Shown: positions 1-9,853, counted from the stretch's first letter. The stretch: DNA of 26,008 nucleotides from an uncultured Bacteriovoracaceae bacterium (GCA_964012805.1 CAXGUD010000048.1:1-26008); one strand, 5' to 3'. The notes: generated by a model from the sequence alone, not told the origin. Made by a program: numbers and translations.

Positions 1-190
1 GAACTGGCAGATTTTGGAGCCTCAGGATTACGACGAACTTCCATTTTACTATGGACGTAAGTTTTAGTGGAATCTAAACGAAAGGTTAAATAAATAGAAT
101 CAATAAGAAACTCAGGTTTCTTGTATTCCTTCAAATAAACTGGTGCTGGTGTATTATCCTTCATTTTTATCTCCAAATATTTTAATAAAA

Positions 191-1012
191 TTAAATATCA
201 ATCTCGACAACATAACTAGTAAACTTTCTTATGTTGAGTACTCCCTGAGGAAAAAAAAGGTACTGTCCTTTAATGCCAAGAAGTTCTCCCTCAATTACGC
301 TTGTTTTGTCAAAACTAAGGGAAGCCACTTTTTTAGGGTACTCCAAAACAGGGTAACTGATAGAGGTTGTAAGCTCGTTTTCTAAAAAAGTTACATTTTC
401 CTCACCAAACTCGGACTCTAACTCATCGAGCTCTTCTCCGCAGCTGTCAAAAAGGGTATCTCTTTGATGCGACAGATCCAGATCGTTCGGTGTTCCTTTT
501 AGCATTTCACGCCAATTGGTCTTATCACTTACTAACTCGCTGATAACCTTCTCAACCCTCCCCGAAATATAACGGGTTTGGACTTCCAAGATAGGAAGTC
601 CCTGGGTTGCCCCTTGATCAATCCACCTTGTTATGAGCTGTTTTTGCCTTGTAATTCCCACTTTTACAGCTGAAGTGTTAGATAAATAGACATAATGGGG
701 GATCATACAATTTTTTTCACCCCAATCAGGCTCACGGCACGTTCCTTTTGAAAAATGGCACATCTCTGGCTTTACAATACAGATATCGCAGCAAGCTAAT
801 TTTTGAGAACAAGGAAAACAGAAACCTCCGGAGTAAGACTTCTTAGTTTTTTTCTGGCAACTGGGACAAATAATTTCGCCAGTGAAAGAAAATTTTATTT
901 TATTTCCTAACAGCTGATTCAGCTCTGTCTCAAAATGGTCTAGTTTTAGCTTATAGAGTGCCTTTCCTTCGTCAAGTTTAACTGGCATCTTCCAAAGACG
1001 ACCTTTATTCAT
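191..1012 (-). CDS. DUF2797-family Cys-rich protein
   Basis: 273-aa ORF with CPSC..KTKKSYSGGFCFPC, ACCDICIVKPEMCHF..GTCREP.WG, KVGITR, RWIDQGA and GIKGQYL, as remembered for DUF2797 proteins. Confidence 0.8.
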   Translation of the reverse strand: MNKGRLWKMPVKLDEGKALYKLKLDHFETELNQLLGNKIKFSFTGEIICPSCQKKTKKSYSGGFCFPCSQKLACCDICIVKPEMCHFSKGTCREPDWGEKNCMIPHYVYLSNTSAVKVGITRQKQLITRWIDQGATQGLPILEVQTRYISGRVEKVISELVSDKTNWREMLKGTPNDLDLSHQRDTLFDSCGEELDELESEFGEENVTFLENELTTSISYPVLEYPKKVASLSFDKTSVIEGELLGIKGQYLFFPQGVLNIRKFTSYVVEIDI

Positions 1013-1166
1013 AGGGATGTAAACCTTTTGGTTAAAGTTTTTATAGCGGAATTAGGTTTTACAAGAATGTCCACCTCCTGAAAAGCATTAACGCAATAAG
1101 TCTAGTCAAGAAAAAATGCTAGGTTAGAATAAGTATGACTAATCATATAAAGAAAGGAATCGGTTT

Positions 1167-2375
1167 ATGATGAAGTCCTTTTCGGAGTCAAAACTCGTAC
1201 AGAAGGCAAAACTGCTTAAGAGCAAAAACCTCTATCCGTTTTTCAGGTCTATTAAAGACTCTGAAGGAACTCGAGTTAATATTAATGGCCGCGAACAAAT
1301 TATGATAGGCTCTAATAACTACTTAGGCCTCACCCACAGAAAGGAAGTTCAAGAAGCTGCTATTGATGCAATCAGAAAATTTGGAACAGGTTGTACTGGC
1401 TCTAGATTCCTTAATGGAAACCTTGAAATCCATGAAGAACTGGAAGACAAATTGGCCCGCTATGTAGGCCATGAAAGGGTACTTGTCTTTTCAACGGGAA
1501 TGCAGACAAATCTTGGTACCCTCCCCACAATATGCGGTCCCAAAGACTGCATGCTCTTTGATGGAGAAAATCACGCCTCAACAATTGATGCTTCTCGCTT
1601 GTCTTTTGGAACCACCTTCAAGTTCAAGCACAATGATATGGAAAGTCTTGAAGAACAGCTTCAATCGACCAAGGCAAGGTTCAATAGGGTTACCATCGTT
1701 ACAGATGGAGTGTTCTCCATGACTGGGGCGTTGACTAAATTAGATAAAGTCACTGAATTGGCCAACAAATATGGTGCTCTAATCTACCTTGACGATGCTC
1801 ATGGAGCAGGAGTGATGGGACCTCAGGGTAGAGGCACAATGAGTCACTTTGGAGTAACAAAAAGTATTGACTTAAATATGGGAACTTTTTCCAAAAGCTT
1901 CGCTTCCATTGGAGGCTTTGTCTCTGGAAATAAAGAAATTATTAATCACGTCAAACATTGCGCAAGGTCCTTCATGTTTTCGGCTTCTATGCCTCCTTCG
2001 GCGGTGGCCACAGTTTCGAAATGTGTCGATCTTCTTGAGCAAGAACCGGAAATCTTAAAAACCTTATGGGATAACGTCGCTTTTATGAGAAAGGGTTTTA
2101 AAGAGATTGGACTTTACACCTACAATTCACAAACTCCTATTATTCCAGTTTTTGTAGGAGACGATTTGAGGGCAATGGAACTGACAAATTACCTTCAAGA
2201 AAATGGGATTTTTGCTACACCCGTTATTAGCCCAGCAGTGCCTCAAGGAGAAGCACTTATTAGAACGAGCTATATGTCCACTCATAAAAAAGCCGACCTG
2301 GAAAGAGTCTTAGAGGTTTTTCAAAAAGCAAAAAAAGAGTGTAACCTACCCTCTGAACACTTTTGCCGACAATAA
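1167..2375 (+). CDS. spt: Serine palmitoyltransferase (PLP-dependent alpha-oxoamine synthase family)
   Basis: YPFFR N-terminus, GSNNYLGL, GTGCTGSRFLNG, NHAS, DDAHG and PLP-lysine motif GTFSKSFASIGG typical of bacterial SPT; followed by bCerS-like and reductase genes; RBS-like AAAGGA upstream. Confidence 0.82.
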   Translation: MMKSFSESKLVQKAKLLKSKNLYPFFRSIKDSEGTRVNINGREQIMIGSNNYLGLTHRKEVQEAAIDAIRKFGTGCTGSRFLNGNLEIHEELEDKLARYVGHERVLVFSTGMQTNLGTLPTICGPKDCMLFDGENHASTIDASRLSFGTTFKFKHNDMESLEEQLQSTKARFNRVTIVTDGVFSMTGALTKLDKVTELANKYGALIYLDDAHGAGVMGPQGRGTMSHFGVTKSIDLNMGTFSKSFASIGGFVSGNKEIINHVKHCARSFMFSASMPPSAVATVSKCVDLLEQEPEILKTLWDNVAFMRKGFKEIGLYTYNSQTPIIPVFVGDDLRAMELTNYLQENGIFATPVISPAVPQGEALIRTSYMSTHKKADLERVLEVFQKAKKECNLPSEHFCRQ

Positions 2376-2415
2376 ATCTAAAAAATAAAATTATTCATTT
2401 TAAGAAGGAATTTTC

Positions 2416-3534
2416 ATGACTGTGTTACTAACTGAAGTACATTTGGGAAAACCAATTAATAATCTTATTAATGTTCCTTGGGAGCTCTACAAGGAAGACC
2501 CTAATTGGGTTCCACCACTAAAAATTGCTGTTAAAGACCTCTTTAATCCCAAACACCCTTTTTTTGAAACTTCAGTTATAAAATGCTGGGTAGCTGAGAA
2601 AGAATCTAAAACTATAGGAAGAATCGTGGCCATTATTAACAGGGCCCATATTGAATATTCTGGTGAAAAATGCGGTTTTTTTGGATTTTTTGATTGTCCA
2701 AATGACCCTGAAGTAGCTAAGGCACTCATCAAAAAAGCTGAAGATTACCTTCGTAGCCATGGAATGAAAAAAGTTCAAGGACCAGTCAATCCTTCTATAA
2801 ATTACGAATGTGGAACACTTATAGATGGATTCAATGATCCTCCTCAAATCATGATGACTTATAATCCTCCTTATCATAAAGAGTTACTTGAAAATGAAGG
2901 GTATAAAAAGGCAAAGGATCTTTTGGCCTATCAGTTAAGAACGGATATAGACTTCCCCGAAATTATGTTTAAAGCAGCCAAAAGAGTTGAAAAATCTCTT
3001 AAAGTTACCTATCGAAAACTCGACAAAAGAAAATGGGATCAGGAAGTACTCACTATGTGGAAAATATATAATTCTGCATGGGAAAAAAACTGGGGCTTCA
3101 TCCCCATGACGAAAAAAGAGTTTCTTCATACAACTAAAGATCTTAAAACCGCTGTTAATCCAAACCTTGTTCATTTTGTTGACGTTGAAAACGAGCCGGC
3201 GGGCTTTTTCGTTGCTCTTCCTGATTACAATCAAGTCTTAAAAAAAATACCTTCTGGAAAACTCCTCCCCTTTGGAATTTTTAAATTTATGAGGTCTTCT
3301 AAATATATAAATAGGGCAAGGGTTATTACACTTGGGATTGTTGAAAAATATCGAAATACCGGACTCGCAAGCCTTCTCTACTATAAGATGCAAGAAGACC
3401 TTCTAAAAGCAGACATAAAAGAAATTGAAATGAGTTGGATTTTAGAGGACAACTTCAAAATGAGGAGACCTCTGGAACGCCTCGGTGCAAAGGCATATAA
3501 AACGTATCGAATATTTGAAAAAGAGCTCGTCTAA
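2416..3534 (+). CDS. GNAT-fold N-acyltransferase, bacterial ceramide synthase (bCerS)-like
   Basis: P.LY..DPNWVPPL, GRI.A, GFFGFFDC, MMTYNPPY, AW..NWGF.P, LPDYNQ, EMSWILEDN and YKTYRIFEK motifs of the YghO/bCerS family; directly after spt. Confidence 0.75.
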   Translation: MTVLLTEVHLGKPINNLINVPWELYKEDPNWVPPLKIAVKDLFNPKHPFFETSVIKCWVAEKESKTIGRIVAIINRAHIEYSGEKCGFFGFFDCPNDPEVAKALIKKAEDYLRSHGMKKVQGPVNPSINYECGTLIDGFNDPPQIMMTYNPPYHKELLENEGYKKAKDLLAYQLRTDIDFPEIMFKAAKRVEKSLKVTYRKLDKRKWDQEVLTMWKIYNSAWEKNWGFIPMTKKEFLHTTKDLKTAVNPNLVHFVDVENEPAGFFVALPDYNQVLKKIPSGKLLPFGIFKFMRSSKYINRARVITLGIVEKYRNTGLASLLYYKMQEDLLKADIKEIEMSWILEDNFKMRRPLERLGAKAYKTYRIFEKELV

Positions 3535-4526
3535 TGAAAATTTTGATTACAGGTTCTACAGGTTTTTTAGGATCTCATCTATGCGAACTCTTGGCCCAGT
3601 CTGGATATGAGGTCTACGCTCAAGCCAGGAATAAAAAAAAATTCCAACAGTTTAAAGTGCAGGGTCACTTTATTCAGGGTAATCTTGAAACAGAGAAATC
3701 AAACCAATGGGTTTCAAAACTCCCCCATGATTTAGACGTAGTTGTTCATGCAGCTGGAATTGTCCATTCATTTAAAGAAGGGGCTTTTTATAAAATTAAT
3801 ACTGAAGGGACTAAGCGGTTAGTTGAAGATTTAAAAGTAAAATACCCTAAACTCCACTTTATTTTCCTTTCATCACTCTCTGCTGCAGGACCGTCATTAA
3901 AAAAACCCGTTGATGAAAATACAATTGAGGAACCCGTCAGCCATTATGGCCGATCTAAACTTATGGCCGAAAAGACAATATTAAATGAGGCACCTAAAGA
4001 ATGGTCACTAAGTATTGTAAGGCCTCCCATGATCATTGGACCAAGAGATGAAGGTGTTTTAGATATTTTTAAAATGGTAAAAGGTGGAGTTGCTCTTAAA
4101 GCAGGAATGAAAATAAAAACCAAGATGTATAGTTTTATTTGTATTTTTGATGTAACTAAATTCATACTTAAATTAATTCAAAAAGAAACTATTCACCGGG
4201 AAACGTACTTTATTTCACACAATGAAGTGGTCTCTTTTGAAGAACTTGTTCACGGTATAAAAGAAGCAAGAAAGCAAAAACGACTCTGGACCTTACCCAT
4301 TCCACTTATTTTACTCAAATCCCTGGCCCAGCTGTTAAGATATGGAAATCAACTCTTCTCACTTAATTTCCGTTTAACTCCCGACAAAGTCTCCGAACTC
4401 ATTCCTTATGAATGGACATGCTCACCACAAAAAGCATTTAGAGAATACCATTTTGCCGTAGATTGGAACTTGAAAAAAACCATACAAGTCACTCTTGATG
4501 ACTATGAAGAGAGAAATTGGCTTTAA
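3534..4526 (+). CDS. Extended SDR NAD(P)-dependent epimerase/dehydratase-family reductase, candidate oxidised-ceramide or 3-keto-sphinganine reductase
   Basis: Rossmann TGSTGFLG, HAAG, SSLSAAGP, catalytic YGRSK; start overlaps upstream stop (TAATG at 3532-3536). Confidence 0.7.
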   Translation: MKILITGSTGFLGSHLCELLAQSGYEVYAQARNKKKFQQFKVQGHFIQGNLETEKSNQWVSKLPHDLDVVVHAAGIVHSFKEGAFYKINTEGTKRLVEDLKVKYPKLHFIFLSSLSAAGPSLKKPVDENTIEEPVSHYGRSKLMAEKTILNEAPKEWSLSIVRPPMIIGPRDEGVLDIFKMVKGGVALKAGMKIKTKMYSFICIFDVTKFILKLIQKETIHRETYFISHNEVVSFEELVHGIKEARKQKRLWTLPIPLILLKSLAQLLRYGNQLFSLNFRLTPDKVSELIPYEWTCSPQKAFREYHFAVDWNLKKTIQVTLDDYEERNWL

Positions 4527-4536
4527 AAAAACCTCT

Positions 4537-4923
4537 TTAAGCAGCTTGTGATGTTTTTCTGGACTCCACAACCGCAAAGACAGCTTGAACAAGCTTTTTT
4601 TCGTAATTGATATCTTCCACATAATGAGAAGAATAATTTTTCCATTCGGGTGCTATATCTTGTTTCTTCTCGCTCCCAATCAAGATGACAGGATAGCTGT
4701 AAGCATTGTTCTCAATAAAGCTCATGAATGGAGAATTCACTTCTCCACCAACTTTAACTAAAATTACGTCGATATTGGCTATTCCCAAGTGACCTTTGGC
4801 CTCAGATTCGCTGTAAGCCGTTGTGACATCAAGTCCGCCACGAGAGAGATAATAGGCGATAGTAGAGACTTCATCTGCCTTATCGTCTAGAAGTAAAACC
4901 CGAGGTTTGTATAAGCTCACCAT
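4537..4923 (-). CDS. Stand-alone response-regulator receiver-like protein (atypical)
   Basis: RVLLLDD beta1 motif, IDVILV beta3 and YPVILI beta4; GGAG RBS upstream; phospho-acceptor position is K. Confidence 0.65.
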   Translation of the reverse strand: MVSLYKPRVLLLDDKADEVSTIAYYLSRGGLDVTTAYSESEAKGHLGIANIDVILVKVGGEVNSPFMSFIENNAYSYPVILIGSEKKQDIAPEWKNYSSHYVEDINYEKKLVQAVFAVVESRKTSQAA

Positions 4924-5114
4924 AGCGTGGTCTCCTTGGGCTCATTATAAACTAAGGACTGAAATTTCCAAAAAAAGATTTTAAGGAAACTAAGCTTTCA
5001 AAAAATTCAATTTAGTCTTTATAGCTGAAAAAAAAAGAATTCAAAGACTTAAGGCCTTTCAAGCTCAAGTCAAAAAAAGGTGTTTAAATCAACGAAAGGC
5101 CAATCTTTATGTCA

Positions 5115-5618
5115 TTACTTAACGATTCTATCCCGCCAAGCCACGACTTCTGGATCTAGGTAATCATACTTCATGTGATCGATCGTATAAGAAGCATACT
5201 CATGGTCTGTAGTATGAGTTAGGCTTTCTGTTGGGCAAACTGTTGTACAAAGCCCACAGTAGCAGCAAAGAGATGTATCAATGGTGTACTGAGTAAGCTC
5301 TCTTCTGATGGGTGTCCCATTAGAAGTTTTTATTTTTTCAGCATCTTTTGGTCTTGGTTTAGAGGCAATATAAATACAGTCTACTGGACAAGCGACAGCA
5401 CATTGGTCGCAAGAAATACAGTTTTGGACATCATTAAAGAGGCGCGATCGACTCCCCTCTGGTATAACTTCTCGGACTTCCGGGTACTCAATAGTAACTG
5501 GCTTTACGTCATAGACATGCTTAATCGTAATGCTTAACCCTTTAATCGTGGTTCGTATACCATTCCAGATATTTTGGAAATACTTCTTAAGGGTCAATTC
5601 TTCATGATGTGTATTCAT
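5115..5618 (-). CDS. nuoI: NADH-quinone oxidoreductase subunit I
   Basis: VTIEYPE and two 4Fe-4S motifs CISCDQCAVACP and CCYCGLCTTVCP; downstream of nuoD. Confidence 0.9.
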   Translation of the reverse strand: MNTHHEELTLKKYFQNIWNGIRTTIKGLSITIKHVYDVKPVTIEYPEVREVIPEGSRSRLFNDVQNCISCDQCAVACPVDCIYIASKPRPKDAEKIKTSNGTPIRRELTQYTIDTSLCCYCGLCTTVCPTESLTHTTDHEYASYTIDHMKYDYLDPEVVAWRDRIVK

Positions 5619-5660
5619 TTAAACCTCAGTCCTTCTTTGTTCTTATCCTTGTCCCAACTC

Positions 5661-6830
5661 TTATCTATCTACTTCGCCAAGTACGATATCAATACTTCCA
5701 ATGACCGCAACAAAGTCTGCAATGAGTAACCCTGGTGCGACCTCAGGCAACATAGAAGTATGAGTAAAGCTAGATGACTTTGCCTTTACTCTATAAGGAA
5801 CTTTTCCTCCATCAGAAACTATATGGTACCCTAGCTCCCCTCTAGCACACTCTGTCCTCATATAAATCTCACCCTTAGGAAGCTTCAAAACCTTGGGAAC
5901 TTTGCCCATTATCGGTCCTTCTTCAATTCCATCCAGGCACTGCTTAATTATTTTAAGTGACTCTCTCATTTCTTGTTGGCGAACAGCAAATCTATCCCAG
6001 CAATCACCAAGCGTACCTTTTTCCCCTGTTCCGACAGGAACATCAAAATCAAGCTCCTCATAAATACTATAGGGTCTTTTCTTACGAAGATCCCAATCCA
6101 CGCCAGCACCCCTTAAAACAGGTCCTGTAGCACCATAATTATAACACATCTCAGCGTTCATAATTCCAATGTTGGCCGTCCTCTCAACGAATATCTTATT
6201 TTGTCCAACTAAATTCATATATTTATCAAGTTCGGCTGGGAAGCTCTCACAAAACTCTTTAATTCTAGCTAGTTGGCCGTCTTTAATATCATTCCAGACG
6301 CCTCCGATCCAAATGTAATTGTACAAGAGCCTTGCTCCAGAAATTTCCTCAAATAGCCTGAGAATCTTTTCTCTTTGGTCAAAACAATAAAGGAATGGAG
6401 TAAAGGCACCTAAATCAATGGCATAGACCCCAGTAAAGAGCAAATGACTCGCAATTCTTTGCAATTCAGTAATAATCACTCTTATATATTCAGCTCTTCT
6501 AGGAATTTCTGTGCCTATCATTTTTTCAATGGCAAGACAGTAACCTAGCTCCATATGCATAGCTGCCAAATAATCCATTCGATCACAAAAAGGTAAATTT
6601 CCTCTGTAATCTATATTTTCACAATGCTTTTCAAAACACCTGTGAAGGTAGCCAATATGGGGAATAGCTTCGGACACGACTTCCGAATCAGTTTTAATTT
6701 CAACCCTTAAAACACCGTGGGTAGCAGGGTGTTGAGGGCCCATATTAACTGTAAGAAGCTCTGATTTAAGCTTTTCGCCTCCATACTTATTTTGTCCGTT
6801 TCCGTTACCTGAATTTTCTGTAGAATCCAT
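5661..6830 (-). CDS. nuoD: NADH-quinone oxidoreductase subunit D
   Basis: NMGPQHPATHGVLR, IGYLHRCFEK, RAEYIRVI..EL.RI.SH, C-terminal GSIDIVLGEVDR. Confidence 0.95.
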   Translation of the reverse strand: MDSTENSGNGNGQNKYGGEKLKSELLTVNMGPQHPATHGVLRVEIKTDSEVVSEAIPHIGYLHRCFEKHCENIDYRGNLPFCDRMDYLAAMHMELGYCLAIEKMIGTEIPRRAEYIRVIITELQRIASHLLFTGVYAIDLGAFTPFLYCFDQREKILRLFEEISGARLLYNYIWIGGVWNDIKDGQLARIKEFCESFPAELDKYMNLVGQNKIFVERTANIGIMNAEMCYNYGATGPVLRGAGVDWDLRKKRPYSIYEELDFDVPVGTGEKGTLGDCWDRFAVRQQEMRESLKIIKQCLDGIEEGPIMGKVPKVLKLPKGEIYMRTECARGELGYHIVSDGGKVPYRVKAKSSSFTHTSMLPEVAPGLLIADFVAVIGSIDIVLGEVDR

Positions 6831-6909
6831 GTTTTTCCCTTAGCGGTCTTTAAGTTAGTGTTCCCAAAAAAATGCTCAAAGCCTATCAATTCAAAAAGAA
6901 AGGTAAAGT

Positions 6910-7530
6910 TTAATTATCTTTTTTAGCTTCTTCTCTAGCCTTTTTTGCTGCAGCTTTAGCTTCATCATTAAGCTTATTTTGCTCAACGATAAAATCTTGT
7001 TCAGGAATATTTTGTTTGTCTTCAGGATAGACAGTCATCCCTTGATAAACCTCTTGGGCTTTATAATCTTTTCTCAACGGATGCCCTTTCCAGTCATAAG
7101 GATTTAAAATTCTCCTATGGTCCGGGTGGTTCACAAACTCTACCCCAACGAGGTCATAGCACTCTCTTTCTTGCCAATCTGCTGCTGTCCAAACGCTACA
7201 AACAGAATCAACTTTCGGGAGATTCTCATCATCTCCTCTAGGAACTCTTACTTTAAGTATTATTTCTGTGTTTTTTGTAAAGCTTGCAATCATGTAGTTA
7301 ACTTCGATCACAGGCGTCTTATCTTCTCCAACGCCTTCAGGGTAATCGACACCTGAAATCGTTTGAAGAACATTGTACTGATGCTCATCACTATCCTTTA
7401 AGGCCTGACAAACCTTAAGAATATGCTCAGAAGCTACCAGAACTGAAGAGTCTCCAACCTCTGCCTCTAAGGCCTTAGCTTCAGCGCCAGACACAACACT
7501 GTTTAAATAATCTGCAATTTCTTTATGCAT
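6910..7530 (-). CDS. nuoC: NADH-quinone oxidoreductase subunit C
   Basis: [40 protein letters not shown]. Confidence 0.93.
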   Translation of the reverse strand: MHKEIADYLNSVVSGAEAKALEAEVGDSSVLVASEHILKVCQALKDSDEHQYNVLQTISGVDYPEGVGEDKTPVIEVNYMIASFTKNTEIILKVRVPRGDDENLPKVDSVCSVWTAADWQERECYDLVGVEFVNHPDHRRILNPYDWKGHPLRKDYKAQEVYQGMTVYPEDKQNIPEQDFIVEQNKLNDEAKAAAKKAREEAKKDN

Positions 7531-8005
7531 TTTTCACCCACTTATCACGAAGCAATCTTTCATTGGCCACTTTTTTCTGGAGTGTCATAACCCCCTCAAT
7601 CAAAGCCTCAGGACGAGGTGGACAACCTGGAACGTAAACATCCACCGGAATAACCTCATCGACGCCTTTAAGAACGTGATAGCCATGTTGCCAATAAGGT
7701 CCTCCCTTATTCGCACAAGAACCCATGGAAAGGACGTACTTTGGCTCAGCCATCTGCTCATAGAGTGTTTTGATCCTAGGAGCCATCTTAAGAGTGACTG
7801 TTCCAGCGACAATCATGAAATCGGCCCTACGGGGAGTCGCCATGAAAGCACCACAACCAAACCTTTCCAAGTCATACTTGGCAGCACCAGTTGCCATCAT
7901 TTCGATAGCACAACAAGCCAAACCAAAGGTCATAGGCCAGAGAGAGTTTTTCCTCCCCCAATTTAGGAAATCATCCATCTTTAACAGAACAACGCTGTCT
8001 TGCAT
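7523..8005 (-). CDS. nuoB: NADH-quinone oxidoreductase subunit B
   Basis: [39 protein letters not shown]; overlaps nuoC start by 8 nt. Confidence 0.95.
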   Translation of the reverse strand: MQDSVVLLKMDDFLNWGRKNSLWPMTFGLACCAIEMMATGAAKYDLERFGCGAFMATPRRADFMIVAGTVTLKMAPRIKTLYEQMAEPKYVLSMGSCANKGGPYWQHGYHVLKGVDEVIPVDVYVPGCPPRPEALIEGVMTLQKKVANERLLRDKWVKNA

Positions 8006-8055
8006 TTTTTAGCTCCCAGAATTATAATACCCCCACACCACCATATTATGCCATA

Positions 8056-8084
8056 TTTTTACCTACGAGGCTATTTTAAGTCAA
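8056..8084 (-). promoter_or_regulatory. Candidate sigma70 promoter for nuoBCDI
   Basis: Minus strand reads TTGACT-N17-TAAAAA, about 50 nt upstream of the nuoB start. Confidence 0.4.
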
Positions 8085-8137
8085 TGAGGACAAAGCAAAA
8101 AGTGTAATGTCTAATACCTTTAGACGGTGATTTTGTC

Positions 8138-9085
8138 TCATAATTTCTTTTGACATCGTGAGCGAATCAATTTCCTTATAGATAGATATTTTTTATTTTC
8201 ATTAAATTTATTTATCATCACCTTTGTCCTAAACTTTTTTTCTAATAAATGGAGTCTTTTCAAATCATTTCTACAAACTCTCTTAATAATTGAAGAGTAT
8301 TCTTTAATCGCTGCTAAGGGATAAGGGAGCCCATAGGATGATGAGATAAAGAAAGAGGGTTTAGAGCTTATTTGCGGGAAGTCACGTACTCCCAATTCAA
8401 AAGAGTTCAGTGCATTCCTAAACTCATCAATATACCTTCCAACCTGATAAAACTTTACAATACTCTTCTTTCGGGAAAAGTAATCTAGCTCGTTATTATA
8501 AACTTGACTGCAACTTGAACTTCTATCAAAAAGCTTAGGAAATAATTCTTTATACACTCTGCATTCAATAAGATAAGCTTCAACTTCTCCACCTCGGCCT
8601 TCAATCATTTCCTTAACAAATTTTTTCAATTGAAAAGTCTTTTTGTAAGGGTTGAATTGATCTCTTAATGCATAGTGAGTTAACTCATGGGAAAGATCTA
8701 AAAGAATGTCCAAAACCTTTAGGTTTCTATCTAAATAAATTCTAGACCTAGTTGATAAGTAAATCTTTTCTGGACTTGAAGGTGAAAATTTCCTCACGAG
8801 AGTAGTATCTGTGAGTGAGACTCTTCCTCCCTCAATTAAATCAATTAGCCTTTTGCCATTTTTAGCGGCTTTCCTTTGGGCCAAGGATATGATTCTTTTA
8901 CCAGTTGAGGACTTTTTTAGTACACTTAAAAGTTTTTTAATTGCCTCTTTTTCAGTAGGGTAAAGCCTCGTCCATTTTTCTTTGTAATCTATTGGGTTTT
9001 CAAATAAATAATCATCCCTACTCTCCGCAATAAGAGAGTAGAAAGCAAAAGTAAAAGTTATGGACAATTTTAAAAAGGTCTCCAC
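8138..9085 (-). CDS. Putative secreted HExxH zinc-metallopeptidase-like hypothetical protein
   Basis: GTG start, hydrophobic N-terminus, SHELTHY plus downstream GEVEAY candidate third ligand. Confidence 0.5.
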   Translation of the reverse strand: METFLKLSITFTFAFYSLIAESRDDYLFENPIDYKEKWTRLYPTEKEAIKKLLSVLKKSSTGKRIISLAQRKAAKNGKRLIDLIEGGRVSLTDTTLVRKFSPSSPEKIYLSTRSRIYLDRNLKVLDILLDLSHELTHYALRDQFNPYKKTFQLKKFVKEMIEGRGGEVEAYLIECRVYKELFPKLFDRSSSCSQVYNNELDYFSRKKSIVKFYQVGRYIDEFRNALNSFELGVRDFPQISSKPSFFISSSYGLPYPLAAIKEYSSIIKRVCRNDLKRLHLLEKKFRTKVMINKFNENKKYLSIRKLIRSRCQKKL

Positions 9086-9092
9086 AAGAAGA

Positions 9093-9119
9093 CCTTCGGT
9101 TAAAGAAGGTTAACCTTTA
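9093..9119 (-). promoter_or_regulatory. Candidate sigma28 (FliA) promoter
   Basis: Minus strand TAAA-N15-ACCGAAGG, resembling consensus TAAA-N15-GCCGATAA, directly upstream of the GTG at 9085. Confidence 0.45.
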
Positions 9120-9178
9120 AGCGAAAAGTACTTGAGATTTTAGTTTATTGATTTTATGAAACTCAATGCCGCTTTCTT

Positions 9179-9802
9179 TTACCAACCCAATTTACTTTGC
9201 GTTGAAAACTTTGAGACCTTTGCCCTAGCTCTAAAAACCTCAACACCCCTTTCGATGTCTGTCATCCTCAAATTGATAGAATATTGCTTTATGGTTTTCC
9301 CATCCCTACTCTCAGGCTTCATATAAACATTCCCAAATATAATAAGATCGGCACCCGTTTGTTTTCCAACAAGTTTAGCTGTACTTGGATCGACCATGCC
9401 ATCATTTTGGTAAGTTATTTCATCTAAGATCGTTTTCCTAGCAGCTGCATCAACCAGAATGAACTCACCGGTTTCAGAAATTTTATTTAAAAATTCATCG
9501 TTTAAATCACTTATTGGGAAATAGGCGTCTGAGGTTAAGTTCTGAACCTCCCCAATAAAGACGACTGGAGTTTTACCTAAATTTCTCAAGTATCTTTGGA
9601 AGCCTTTGTGTTTATTCATCCGTTTTAATAGTTTTGAAATAACAATTTGAGTGTCTTTAGATAACCATTTATCTGTTATTCCAAGGGCCCTTTCATCTGA
9701 TTCTTCTTCTCCAACCCTTTTGGCCTGAAAGCTTGAACACCCAACTAGGGTAAGAAATAGGAAGGTATAGACTAAAAAGGGTTTCCATATTGATTTCCAC
9801 AT
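9179..9802 (-). CDS. LpoB/CsgG-like lipoprotein (penicillin-binding protein activator LpoB family)
   Basis: Lipobox LVGC; NLTS, EITYQNDGMVDPSTA..VGKQTGAD..I.G, Y...LRMTDIE.G; AAGGAG RBS. Confidence 0.72.
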   Translation of the reverse strand: MWKSIWKPFLVYTFLFLTLVGCSSFQAKRVGEEESDERALGITDKWLSKDTQIVISKLLKRMNKHKGFQRYLRNLGKTPVVFIGEVQNLTSDAYFPISDLNDEFLNKISETGEFILVDAAARKTILDEITYQNDGMVDPSTAKLVGKQTGADLIIFGNVYMKPESRDGKTIKQYSINLRMTDIERGVEVFRARAKVSKFSTQSKLGW

Positions 9803-9853
9803 ATACCAACTCCTTAAAGGAACTTTCTTTTTATAAAAGCTAAACCAAAAAAA

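Noticed and set aside
1..44. Possible start of a minus-strand CDS (MEVRRNPEAPKSAS...) running off the window edge
   Set aside because: Only 14 codons visible, no clear RBS and no recognisable motif
143..385. 80-aa plus-strand ORF, and the other short overlapping ORFs in the track (e.g. 1471-1722, 2487-2732, 7117-7356, 7676-7966, 17314-17568, 19009-19311, 21275-21535, 22607-22846)
   Set aside because: They lie antisense or out of frame within well-supported genes and show no protein-like motifs
1167..2375. Alternative call as BioF or Kbl
   Set aside because: GTFSKS motif, YPFFR N-terminus and the bCerS-like neighbour favour SPT; no biotin or tdh genes nearby
5115..8005. Group 4 [NiFe]-hydrogenase instead of complex I
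   Set aside because: The large subunit lacks the N- and C-terminal CxxC Ni-binding motifs and ends in the NuoD-type GEVDR
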